From contig DEBQ01000006.1 of assembly GCA_002348605.1 (NCBI GenBank), positions 78,715-142,714 on the forward strand: a stretch of 64,000 nucleotides of DNA. Direction: 5' to 3'. Positions 55,739-64,000 of this stretch are shown in pieces (positions within the stretch are counted from its first letter, which is position 1; each line of letters opens with the position of its first letter). A model generated the notes under the pieces. It searched no databases. It was not told the origin of the DNA and was given only the letters and a program-made list of their open reading frames with translations. The position numbers and the translations under genes were made by a program. The DNA is from Candidatus Saccharibacteria bacterium UBA2952. GTDB taxonomy: Bacteria; Patescibacteriota; Saccharimonadia; Saccharimonadales; Saccharimonadaceae.

Positions 55739-56641
55739 CTTCTCAAGGTAATCTTGGATGTATATATGCGAATCCGAGCCGAAGCCAGCGGTCAGCAGCT
55801 TGCCGTGCAAGTCTAGCCAGCCTCTGATAATTATCATATCTCTTAGAGTGCTCGACTCAAGCGCCGAGAGTGAACGCTCCTTCTTATAGTCTGCTAAATA
55901 TTTTTCCGCTTCACCAATACCTGTTGACGTAAAAATATCCCACAATGTTCCAGCTAAGCAAAATATATATGGTGCCGTCGCCACGTCTTCGAAGTCGATC
56001 ACTGCGGCTACGTTATCATCGGAAACAAGAACATTACTGCGTGTAATATCATGGTGTGAAACACCTGACGGAAGGTAAGGCCAAGCACCGACAACGTTTC
56101 GCAGGTGAACCGCAACGACCTCGGATATATCACTGAGGCCCGTATGAACAGAGGGGTTAATTGGAAAATACTTGTAGTCGTTAGTGAGATTGATAGCACT
56201 GTTGGTCGTTACCCCACTAGTGTCCATATTATGTAAACGGGCCTGATAACGAGCAAGCTCGCTCACCCATGCACCTCGATATACGTCCGGATGATGACCG
56301 TCAACCTTATTCATCGAAACCACATACCACTCGTAACCTTGGGCTAGGTGCCTAAATACTTGATGGTTACTTTCCGAAGCGTCTAGGCTCGGAAGTGGTA
56401 TAGAGCATTCTTCAGCCACCCCCATAATCGTTAATTCAAGCGAGATACGTGCCAATTCGTGGTTTCGGTTATAGTGCTTCTGCACCTTTTCGCTCCCATC
56501 AGACAAAGAAACAGAAATGACTGTGTTTTCGATACCGCCGGGAAGTTCGTGCCAAGTTGAGACATCATAATTGAAGAATTGGCCTACCTTCGCGACAAGT
56601 TCGTCACTGATAACCGATTGTGACTCAGCGCTCAGCTTCAT
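55691..56641 (-). CDS. APH/choline-kinase family phosphotransferase
   Basis: 316 aa; catalytic loop SHHDITRSNVLV and the metal-binding IDFED. Confidence 0.75.
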   Translation of the reverse strand: MKLSAESQSVISDELVAKVGQFFNYDVSTWHELPGGIENTVISVSLSDGSEKVQKHYNRNHELARISLELTIMGVAEECSIPLPSLDASESNHQVFRHLAQGYEWYVVSMNKVDGHHPDVYRGAWVSELARYQARLHNMDTSGVTTNSAINLTNDYKYFPINPSVHTGLSDISEVVAVHLRNVVGAWPYLPSGVSHHDITRSNVLVSDDNVAAVIDFEDVATAPYIFCLAGTLWDIFTSTGIGEAEKYLADYKKERSLSALESSTLRDMIIIRGWLDLHGKLLTAGFGSDSHIYIQDYLEKLVSGYGFNLTGVSEQ

Positions 56642-56644
56642 ATA

Positions 56645-57175
56645 CTAGAGGGGCTTGTAGCCGAACCGCTCTAAATCAGGTTCGATATCTGAATAAGACT
56701 TACCTGCTAGATTTCCGCCTGCTATGAAATCCTCGGTTGTAACATCTGCCAGGCAACTTTCTGGCGGATTAAATGCATCTTTTTCTTCCGGTGTATCGAA
56801 TTCAAAGTCGATTAAGACAAGTCCAGCTAAAACACCTTTGAAGACATCAACTTCAGCAGTACGTCCAGCGAGCGGAACCACGTAGCGATCTTTTTCGATA
56901 CGCTTCTGACTTGCAACAGCCAGTGCTTCAAACTCATCCTTCTCCAGGGTTATTGAGTGTTCAGTATGAACCGAGGCATCCTCGCCCTCGACTGGAAGTT
57001 TCTTTGTGATTTGATGCTGATCGCCGTTGCGACGCAGGCGAAGCCTTGAGTGAACAAGGGGGTCTTCTGGAACATAAATATCCAACATTGATGTCGAAGG
57101 TGTGGTTTCAGGGTCAAATGGAATTTTTGAAGCAAGGTAAGTTAATTCAAGTTCCATTTCTTGATTTGCAGCCAT
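56645..57175 (-). CDS. CYTH domain protein
   Basis: N-terminal ELELTYL (ExExK-like, Lys replaced by Thr), RLRLRR, and a C-terminal LIDFEF acidic strand. AAAGGAG SD fits the ATG at 57175. Confidence 0.65.
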   Translation of the reverse strand: MAANQEMELELTYLASKIPFDPETTPSTSMLDIYVPEDPLVHSRLRLRRNGDQHQITKKLPVEGEDASVHTEHSITLEKDEFEALAVASQKRIEKDRYVVPLAGRTAEVDVFKGVLAGLVLIDFEFDTPEEKDAFNPPESCLADVTTEDFIAGGNLAGKSYSDIEPDLERFGYKPL

Positions 57176-57242
57176 ATGATACACTCTCCTTTACATCAAT
57201 AATAATTAATAATATAATATCATACTATTAACATATAATCAA

Positions 57243-58298
57243 ATGAGGCACATGCACCAATTACGCACTATTGTTATAGGGTTAGGAAAGCAAAGTACAG
57301 AGGACCACCTTCCCGCGCTCGGTGAAAGTGAAATGTTCGATCTTAAGGCTGTGGTCGATGTCAATGAACCGATCGCCGAGCAGATTGGAAAACGATATAA
57401 TGTCCCCCACTATACGACAGTCGATGCAGCCCTAAAACATCACGAAAAAGAACTCGATCTTGCAATAATTGCAGTGCCGCATGATGAATATTTGCCAATC
57501 ATTCGTAAGGTCGCAGTACTAGGTATCGATGTCGTCAAGGAAAAACCTTTCGCTACTTCTGTAGATGAAGCGAATGAGCTAAGAAAGCTTTCCAAGCAGC
57601 ATGGCATCATGATTTATGTAACTTTGCAGCGTCGGTTTAACCCGATATTTCTTACATTTAAGCAGTTAGTAAAACGAATCGGGAAAATATATTCCATCGA
57701 AGCGCGCTACACCATGAATATTGGACGATTAGATGAAGGGTGGCGAGCAAAAAAAGAAGTTGCTCATGGCGGCGCACTCATGGATATGGGATACCACTTA
57801 ATAGACCTCCTGGTATGGTATTTTGGCTTGCCTGATACTGTTACATGTCGGTTCTCAAGCGGAAACCGAGAGAATCAAGCATACGACGTAGAAGACACCG
57901 CTCTGATGAATTTTGTTTATAATGATCTTGGTAACGATAATGATCGTGTGCTTGGGAATGCGCTGATATCACGAGTCTACCCTGAAAAAGATGAATCTCT
58001 GGTTGTTTATGGCTCTCGAGGTAGTGTTCGTGTCGAACGAGGACGTGTTAGTCGCCGTGCTATCAGTGGAGAAGAAATTGAAATACTGGAACGTCAAGGT
58101 GCATGGCCATCTGCAGCAATTGACCAGTTAGAGGAATTCGGCAGCCGGATTTTACGCAAACGTAACGGCGATCCAAGTGAAGCAATCGAACACTACGAAC
58201 AAATGGCGCTAGTGCAAGCTGCGTACGACTCAAACCGCGACCACGACACAAAAAACCCGAAAGAATATTTAGAAAGGATGATGCCGAGTGAAAAATAG
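57243..58298 (+). CDS. Gfo/Idh/MocA family NAD(P)-dependent oxidoreductase
   Basis: 351 aa; N-terminal Rossmann fold (IGLGKQS), EKP motif (VVKEKPFA) and a C-terminal alpha/beta domain. Confidence 0.85.
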   Translation: MRHMHQLRTIVIGLGKQSTEDHLPALGESEMFDLKAVVDVNEPIAEQIGKRYNVPHYTTVDAALKHHEKELDLAIIAVPHDEYLPIIRKVAVLGIDVVKEKPFATSVDEANELRKLSKQHGIMIYVTLQRRFNPIFLTFKQLVKRIGKIYSIEARYTMNIGRLDEGWRAKKEVAHGGALMDMGYHLIDLLVWYFGLPDTVTCRFSSGNRENQAYDVEDTALMNFVYNDLGNDNDRVLGNALISRVYPEKDESLVVYGSRGSVRVERGRVSRRAISGEEIEILERQGAWPSAAIDQLEEFGSRILRKRNGDPSEAIEHYEQMALVQAAYDSNRDHDTKNPKEYLERMMPSEK

Positions 58299-59550
58299 TT
58301 TGGCAATACACGGTGGTGAACCAGTACTGACCGAAGGGGGAACATTCGATTGGCCAATTCTTGATAAAGAATCTGAAAAAGCGATACTTGATCAATTGCA
58401 CACATCGATTTCAATTTACGATCGCTCAGGTGTAATCGAAGAATTCGAAGATAAGTTCAAAAACTATCATTCCAGACAATATGGCCTATTGTCCAACTCG
58501 GGGACTTCGGCGATCTTTTCAATGTTTGAGGCTATAAATCTGATTCCTGGCGATGAAGTCGTATGCCCTGTATATACATTCCATGCATCAGTCAGCCCTA
58601 TGATGTACACTGGTGCAATTCCCGTGTTTGCAGACTGTGATGATGAAGGCAATGTCTCGCTTGAATCGATTACAGCAAAGCTTACAGACAAGACAAAAGC
58701 GGTTGTCGTCACGCACATGTGGGGAGTGCCTGCTCGTGATATAGCTAAGATCCGCGAGCTATGTGACGAGCGAGGTCTTTGGCTACTAGAAGACTGTTCG
58801 CATGCTCACGGTGCAAGCATCGATGGAAAAAAGGTCGGATCGTTTGGTCACGCAGCAAGTTGGAGCTTACAAGGACAGAAGATTATTACAGGTGGCGAGG
58901 GCGGCATTATGCTTACCGACGACAGAAAACTGTACCAACGCGCACTTTTACAAGGTCATTACAACAAGCGTCCAAAGCAAGAACTAGATCAAGATGATGA
59001 ACTGCATGAATTTTATCTTACAGGAATGGGCCTTAAGTTACGTGCACACCCAATCGCTACTGCGCTTGCTCTACAGCAATTTAATCATCTTGATGAGTTT
59101 ATTGCGCAAAAGCAGAAGTTTGCGGAACGGCTGAATCAAGAACTTAAAGATATACCTTTTCTTCATCTACCTACTATGTCTAAATCCACACAACATAGCT
59201 GGTACGCATATAACCTTATGTATAATCGTGAAGCAGCGTTCGGCGTAAGTCGTGAAGAATTTGTCGATGCTCTCCTGGCAGAGGGACTCAAAGAAGCCGA
59301 TATTCCGGGCTCGACTGGATTAATAAACAATCTCCCATTATTCACAAACCCTCAAAAAATTCTTCCACGCATGTACACCTCTTCCTTGCCTGCTCAGATG
59401 GATTTTCCTGGTGCTGATTCAATTTACAATGGGATTATAAAGTTTCCGGTGTGGGTTCGTGCAGAAGATGAAGACATCGTTGAGTCATATATAGCCGGCA
59501 TCCGTAAAGTATCACAATATCTATTAAGCAATCACACCCTTAACGCCTAA
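58288..59550 (+). CDS. DegT/DnrJ/EryC1/StrS family PLP-dependent aminotransferase
   Basis: 420 aa; GTSAI, VVVTHMWG and the SLQGQKIITGGEGG Lys region; GTG start overlapping the preceding gene. Confidence 0.85.
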   Translation: MKNSLAIHGGEPVLTEGGTFDWPILDKESEKAILDQLHTSISIYDRSGVIEEFEDKFKNYHSRQYGLLSNSGTSAIFSMFEAINLIPGDEVVCPVYTFHASVSPMMYTGAIPVFADCDDEGNVSLESITAKLTDKTKAVVVTHMWGVPARDIAKIRELCDERGLWLLEDCSHAHGASIDGKKVGSFGHAASWSLQGQKIITGGEGGIMLTDDRKLYQRALLQGHYNKRPKQELDQDDELHEFYLTGMGLKLRAHPIATALALQQFNHLDEFIAQKQKFAERLNQELKDIPFLHLPTMSKSTQHSWYAYNLMYNREAAFGVSREEFVDALLAEGLKEADIPGSTGLINNLPLFTNPQKILPRMYTSSLPAQMDFPGADSIYNGIIKFPVWVRAEDEDIVESYIAGIRKVSQYLLSNHTLNA

Positions 59551-59551
59551 T

Positions 59552-60061
59552 ATGATGTCCCATCCAGATAGCGAAGCACCTGCCGTTGGTCAGCAAGTAA
59601 TAACTGCGTGTGCGTTTATTCATCAGCGCGTCGATGGAATTCCTAAAGTCTTTATGGCACGACGCTCTATGAACAAAAAGTTTCTCCCTGGAGTGTATGA
59701 ACTACCAGGAGGACATGTGGAATTTGGCGAAGATCCAATTGTCGGTCTAAAGCGCGAGGTCCGCGAGGAACTGGCACTGGATATAAACGTCGGCGACCCG
59801 TTCGCTGCATTTACCTACACGAACGAATTGAAAGGCTCGCACTCGATTGAGGTTATCTATTTTGCCACTCTTCCAAATGATACTAACGATATAATTCTTA
59901 ATTTACAGGATCACAGTGAATATGGATGGTTTGCCGAAGACGAGCTTGCTAGTGCCACGACACTAGATAAGAGTCTAGAAGACGACGAGTTCACTGCGAT
60001 CAAGACAGGTTTCAGAATTCTAGCTGGCAGATACGATGTCGCCGAAACAGAATCTGAATAA
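59552..60061 (+). CDS. NUDIX hydrolase
   Basis: Canonical Nudix box GGHVEFGEDPIVGLKREVREELAL. Confidence 0.85.
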   Translation: MMSHPDSEAPAVGQQVITACAFIHQRVDGIPKVFMARRSMNKKFLPGVYELPGGHVEFGEDPIVGLKREVREELALDINVGDPFAAFTYTNELKGSHSIEVIYFATLPNDTNDIILNLQDHSEYGWFAEDELASATTLDKSLEDDEFTAIKTGFRILAGRYDVAETESE

Positions 60062-60083
60062 TCTTGTCCTGACGTGTGTAATA

Positions 60084-60112
60084 TTGACAACTTAGCATAA
60101 ATAGAATATAAT
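60084..60112 (+). promoter_or_regulatory. Perfect consensus promoter TTGACA-N17-TATAAT
   Basis: TTGACA 60084-60089 and TATAAT 60107-60112, AT-rich, immediately upstream of the GC-rich two-gene cassette. Confidence 0.75.
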
Positions 60113-60197
60113 AATATATAGGAAGGCGTGAAAGCGCCTTTTGTTCTTCCCTATGAGCGGCTAAATGGCCGTCCCCGGACTTCGAGAGGAGAAAGCT

Positions 60198-60398
60198 ATG
60201 CCAACGGACGGCTGCGGAACGCCTGCGAACCCGTTCGCCTGCGCCAACCTGCACCTGCCCTACTACGGGAGCGGCAAGGATGGCTGGCACGTGAGTCTCG
60301 GGTGGTTGACCGACCGCCCGATTGTGACCCTGCTGGTCCTAGCGATCGTGCTGACGATCGCGAAGTCGGTGACCCAGTACAAGATTGAAGGGAGATGA
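60198..60398 (+). CDS. Small single-pass membrane protein, high-GC codon usage
   Basis: 66 aa from ATG 60198 with a GAGGAG SD; third codon positions are almost all G/C in this frame; TM IVTLLVLAIVLTIA. Confidence 0.6.
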   Translation: MPTDGCGTPANPFACANLHLPYYGSGKDGWHVSLGWLTDRPIVTLLVLAIVLTIAKSVTQYKIEGR

Positions 60399-60404
60399 CG
60401 GCAC

Positions 60405-60662
60405 ATGCTGTCGATGGAAACCTGCAGAATGCCCGATGGAACTCGGGTGGTGTACGACCAGTCGTGTGCCAGCATGGACTTGTCCGAGTACCACTGGTAT
60501 ACCGAGCCTTGGCACTTGGTCACGCAGGCCTTGGCCGACACCTGGCACGCTGTGGTATTCCTGCTGAGCGACCCGTTCGCCTGGCTCATCACGTTCATGG
60601 CCACCGCCATCCTGTTCGGCTACATCAAGATCAGGAACGCCATGGACAGCACACCGAGGTGA
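60405..60662 (+). CDS. Small membrane protein, high-GC codon usage
   Basis: 85 aa with a GAAGGGAG SD; high GC3 in this frame only; hydrophobic C-terminal half. Confidence 0.6.
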   Translation: MLSMETCRMPDGTRVVYDQSCASMDLSEYHWYTEPWHLVTQALADTWHAVVFLLSDPFAWLITFMATAILFGYIKIRNAMDSTPR

Positions 60663-60685
60663 CTCGAACAAGCCTGTGACTCAAG

Positions 60686-60719
60686 GGAAGAGACCCCGCC
60701 TAACCAGCGGGGTCTTTCC
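60686..60719. terminator. Bidirectional stem-loop terminator
   Basis: AGACCCCGC-CTAACCA-GCGGGGTCT flanked by GGAAG/CTTTCC and followed by ATTT. Confidence 0.75.
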
Positions 60720-60724
60720 ATTTA

Positions 60725-61642
60725 TTAGCGTTTTCGTAAAAAATACATGCCGAGCGTGGCCGACGCCAGCAAGCTGACTCCGATGATAAGCCAGAATGTA
60801 AGCGGCGAGTCAGAACCCGGCGGCAGCGTGACGTTCATACCAAACAATCCGGCAACCATGGTTGGAATAGTAAGCGCCAACGTAATGACAGTAAGTAGTC
60901 GGATTGTTTCGTTTAGGCGCGTGTCCATAACGGCACGGTAGCTGTCACGCAAGTTAGTAATGGTACGAAGCAAAGATTTACAGCGGGCAATTAACTGCTC
61001 GAAGTCGATTGAAAGGTCTTCGACTAAATCCCGGTCGTCTTCGGTGAGTTTGAGCATGCGGCCACCAAGCAGCTTTTCAGTGGCAGTGTTGGTAGGAATA
61101 AGCGCGTCTAAGTAGTCGTTAAGTTTGCGTTCGTATTCGGTAAGTGTGGCAATGTCACGGGCACGCAATGTGCGGACGTCGGACGTGGCGGCGCGCATTT
61201 GGCGGTTTATGGTTGCGACGCGGCGCTGGTACTGCACGGTAATTGCTTCCATCATGAGCATAAATAAACGCGTACGTTCTGCCGTTGGTACATTCGCCGA
61301 GTCGATGAACGGTTGCCATAAACGGCCCAACGAATCACGACTAACCGTGAACAAATGCTCGCCTGAAATAGCGAACAAAATGGGTGTCGTAAAGTCGTTA
61401 AAGTCGTCGTCGGTGTCAGGCAGGCGCGTAATAAAGTAGGTCCAGCCATCTTCAAGTTCGACGCGCGGGACTTCGTGTGGGTCGAGCGCGTCGTTCAAAA
61501 TGTTTTCGTCGACGCCAAGGTTAATAAGGGCCGTTTTTTCGTCGTCACTCGGGCGTTCGGAACGCACCCATGTGCCCGCTAGCAGGTTCTCTTTTTGCTC
61601 GATAATCAGGTTTGAAGCCGTGGCGCGGAGGTATTGCAGCAT
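60725..61642 (-). CDS. CorA-family divalent cation transporter (second copy)
   Basis: 305 aa with two C-terminal TM segments and GLFGMNV (GMN motif). Confidence 0.8.
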   Translation of the reverse strand: MLQYLRATASNLIIEQKENLLAGTWVRSERPSDDEKTALINLGVDENILNDALDPHEVPRVELEDGWTYFITRLPDTDDDFNDFTTPILFAISGEHLFTVSRDSLGRLWQPFIDSANVPTAERTRLFMLMMEAITVQYQRRVATINRQMRAATSDVRTLRARDIATLTEYERKLNDYLDALIPTNTATEKLLGGRMLKLTEDDRDLVEDLSIDFEQLIARCKSLLRTITNLRDSYRAVMDTRLNETIRLLTVITLALTIPTMVAGLFGMNVTLPPGSDSPLTFWLIIGVSLLASATLGMYFLRKR

Positions 61643-61661
61643 ACCCCCATGATACCAGTCC

Positions 61662-62672
61662 CTACGCAGGAATGGTCAGCGAGAAAGTCGAGCCCTTGCC
61701 TACTTTGCTAGTAAGAGCAAGGTCGTACCCGTGTCGGTCGGCGATTGATTTTGCGATAGAAAGCCCCAGTCCACTACCTTCGGCGTGGCGCGACGAACGG
61801 GATTCGTCGACGCGGAAGAAACGGTCGAACACATTAGTGTGGTGTTCGGGCGCGATACCTACGCCTTCGTCGGCGACCGAAATAGTGAAACCATGGCTGG
61901 TCGCAACCGACATCGTGACCGTTGAGTGTTCCGGTGAATATTTAATTGCATTGTCGAGCAGTATACGTAAAATCTGCGTAACGGCCGACTGGTTTGCCAT
62001 GACACTCGCAGCCGGAATGTCGTGACCAATGGTTATATGTTTGCTTTCGGCCAATGGCGCGAGCGTTTGCACGACGTCCAATACAACTTCGGCTACGTTT
62101 AGCTTAGCCTTAGACCTTTCGGCGTTCGCCTGGCTAGCCAACCCAAGTAGTGCGTCGGATAGCGTATGCAGCTTAACTGTTTCGGCTAGATTATGACCGA
62201 TCAGGTCTTTCGCTTCAGCAAGTGTCAGTTTTTTCTTACGAAGAGCGACTTCGTTGGTAACCTGAAGCGCTGTCAGCGGCGTGCGAAGTTCATGCGAGGC
62301 ATCGGACACGAACCGACTTTGTGATTCCATGGCGGTTTCGATAGGCTCAAGGGTCTTTCGGGCCAAGTAGTAACTGAAGAACGCTCCGCCAATGAGCACG
62401 GCGAGGTTCATGACAACGAGTGACACTAGAAGATCAGCCCGGGCCTGGTCGGCTCGATCGTTGAATAATTCCTGTACTCCGCTCCGAATCGAATCGTTCA
62501 TGTAGTACATACCGCCTATTTGGGTGCGCGGAGGTAGCGGACGGTCAAACCGCGCCGAACTAATGCTATATATGACAGCCGAAAAAACAATCGTCAAACC
62601 AAAAATAATTGCCAGGTAGGTTGCAGCTAACCGGCCGGTGTCGCCTTTTAGGTGTTTCATAATGTCGTCCAT
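61662..62672 (-). CDS. Two-component sensor histidine kinase
   Basis: 2 TM segments, H-box SDASHELRTPLTAL, G-boxes; 4 nt downstream of the response regulator. Confidence 0.85.
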   Translation of the reverse strand: MDDIMKHLKGDTGRLAATYLAIIFGLTIVFSAVIYSISSARFDRPLPPRTQIGGMYYMNDSIRSGVQELFNDRADQARADLLVSLVVMNLAVLIGGAFFSYYLARKTLEPIETAMESQSRFVSDASHELRTPLTALQVTNEVALRKKKLTLAEAKDLIGHNLAETVKLHTLSDALLGLASQANAERSKAKLNVAEVVLDVVQTLAPLAESKHITIGHDIPAASVMANQSAVTQILRILLDNAIKYSPEHSTVTMSVATSHGFTISVADEGVGIAPEHHTNVFDRFFRVDESRSSRHAEGSGLGLSIAKSIADRHGYDLALTSKVGKGSTFSLTIPA

Positions 62673-62676
62673 GTGC

Positions 62677-63354
62677 CTAACCTTCCGCGCTTAACTTGTA
62701 GCCGAACCCGCGCACCGTGTGAAGGAGCGGTTTTTTAAACGGCTTGTCAATTTTGGCCCGCAGGAAAGTTATAAAGACTTCGACGTTGTTCGGCAACACG
62801 TCAGCATCGAAATCCCAGACATGCGAAATAATGCTGTCTTTGGACAGCACACGGCCAGGGTTACGCATGAAGTATTCCAAAATGGCGAATTCTTTTGACG
62901 TCAGCCGAATGTCTTTGCCGCCTCGTTCGACCTGTTTTTTGGCCGGGTCGAGCATAAGGTCGCCGACGTTCAGCGTTTCGCCTAAAGATTGGTGCGGCCG
63001 GCGAAGCAGCGCCCGAATACGCGCCAGCAATACGTCAAAGCTGAATGGTTTAGCCAGGTAATCATCGGCGCCAGTGTCGAGTCCTTTTACGATGTCACGC
63101 TCTTGGTCTTTGGCCGTCAGCATAAGAATTGGCGTGTGGTTACCGTCACCGCGCAGTTTGTCGGCGACTTCGTAGCCGTTTAGACCCGGCATCATGACGT
63201 CGAGGATGATGAGGTCGTAGTCGCTTGACGCCGAAGCGGCATTGTAACCACTTTCGCCGTCGTGCTCGACATCTACCGCGTAACCCTCCTCTTCAAGTCC
63301 CTCGCGGATACCCTGAGCGATACGGTGTTCATCTTCGACGACAAGTATTTTCAT
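62677..63354 (-). CDS. OmpR/PhoB-family response regulator
   Basis: MKILVVEDE receiver with the phospho-acceptor DLIILDVMMPG and a C-terminal winged helix (RGFGYKL); GAAGG SD before ATG 63354. Confidence 0.9.
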   Translation of the reverse strand: MKILVVEDEHRIAQGIREGLEEEGYAVDVEHDGESGYNAASASSDYDLIILDVMMPGLNGYEVADKLRGDGNHTPILMLTAKDQERDIVKGLDTGADDYLAKPFSFDVLLARIRALLRRPHQSLGETLNVGDLMLDPAKKQVERGGKDIRLTSKEFAILEYFMRNPGRVLSKDSIISHVWDFDADVLPNNVEVFITFLRAKIDKPFKKPLLHTVRGFGYKLSAEG

Positions 63355-63404
63355 AGCTACCTTCAAGTATAGGTGTTGTAGCTTAATTTTACCTTAAATA
63401 TAAG

Positions 63405-63935
63405 TTATCGATTGGGGTTGATGACGATAGTGTCGGCAGCCGTGTCGTTGATAGCGCTCGTGCCGCGCACCGATACGTTGTCACCTACCTTGATGTCACT
63501 GACTTTGGCATTGTCACCGTTCTTGTCGTTGACGTCGGTGTTGCCGTCGATCTTGAACGTCACCGATCCGCCTGAACGGTCGTCGGTCAGCGTAATGCTG
63601 GAATCTGACACACTGGTAACCTTGCCAATGGTACCGCCCATCATGTGCCGATGCATTCCGCCGAATCGTTCACCGACTGTGATACCTTCCCCGTCGCCGC
63701 GCATACCGGATTGCATGAACCCGACGCGGGTGCCACGGTCGTCGCGGTCGAACACCTTGCCTGCTACGAAGCCGGCTGCGGTACCACCCAGAAGCAATAA
63801 CGCTCCAGCCGCCACGGCAATACCGATCGTCGCACCGCTAAAACGCGGCGAGTTGGTTTTAGAATCGGTGGTAGTAGTCGTAACCACTTCGTCTTTATTT
63901 TCAGTTTTGGTAGGTTCTTTATCGCTCGCTGCCAT
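63405..63935 (-). CDS. Membrane-anchored hypothetical protein (beta-rich ectodomain)
   Basis: AAGGAG SD before ATG 63935; Thr-rich N-terminus, a single TM, then Gly/Asp-rich beta-strand repeats. Confidence 0.55.
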   Translation of the reverse strand: MAASDKEPTKTENKDEVVTTTTTDSKTNSPRFSGATIGIAVAAGALLLLGGTAAGFVAGKVFDRDDRGTRVGFMQSGMRGDGEGITVGERFGGMHRHMMGGTIGKVTSVSDSSITLTDDRSGGSVTFKIDGNTDVNDKNGDNAKVSDIKVGDNVSVRGTSAINDTAADTIVINPNR

Positions 63936-64000
63936 ATGATTCTCCTTTAAGATAATTCTAAAGAGAGTATCGATCAGCACCCTTAAAAGGGACTTAAGAC

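Noticed and set aside
60128-60679. Five other overlapping ORFs in the GC-rich cassette: 60128-60388 (+), 60263-60610 (-), 60339-60671 (-), 60385-60567 (+) and 60395-60679 (+).
   Set aside because: In high-GC DNA, long spurious ORFs are expected. Only the 60198 and 60405 frames combine strong G/C bias at third positions, an SD at correct spacing and plausible membrane-protein sequence.
1-64000. CRISPR arrays, rRNA genes, IS elements, transposases, integrases and long tandem or dispersed repeats.
   Set aside because: No regularly spaced direct repeats, rRNA-like conserved blocks or recombinase/transposase motifs were seen in any ORF. The only repeated strings noticed are short promoter- and terminator-like motifs.

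Overview
This 64 kb window is a chromosomal segment of a small-genome, Gram-positive-like bacterium. Gene content and style suggest a Patescibacteria/Saccharibacteria-like organism, but that is inference only. By eye the backbone is roughly 50% GC.

The first ~45 kb is densely packed housekeeping:
- Translation, division and envelope: lepA, murJ, ftsH, tilS, maf, a murC-like ligase, trmB, tsaC and aspS.
- DNA repair: a Y-family polymerase and three glycosylases.
- Nucleotide and cofactor metabolism: class II RNR nrdJ and metK.
- Thiol redox: VKOR, a DsbA-like protein and msrA.
- Transport: several transporters.
- RNA genes: three tRNAs, all with a CAU anticodon.

Recognisable regulatory RNA and DNA elements:
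- A SAM-I riboswitch sits upstream of a compact metK.
- A perfect CIRCE operator sits on an hsp20 promoter.
- A long terminator-containing leader lies upstream of nrdJ.
- About 20 genes have a -10 box only 6-9 nt upstream of the start codon and no Shine-Dalgarno, which fits pervasive leaderless transcription.

From ~45.3 to ~60.7 kb the window becomes compositionally mosaic and accessory:
- Two short islands of about 60%+ GC have high GC3 codon usage. Each is driven by a perfect TTGACx-N17-TATAAT promoter and closed by a strong terminator.
- A low-GC operon encodes a MazG-like protein, a DUF2075-type nuclease/P-loop NTPase and a GIY-YIG protein. This is the best candidate for an uncharacterised defence-type system.
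- A kinase / CYTH / oxidoreductase / aminotransferase / NUDIX cluster is present.
- A PAS histidine kinase is paired with a wHTH-Nudix-like protein.
- A LysM-CHAP wall hydrolase is present.

No CRISPR array, rRNA, transposase or integrase was recognised. All calls rest on motif recognition by eye in the supplied translations and sequence. No database search was run.
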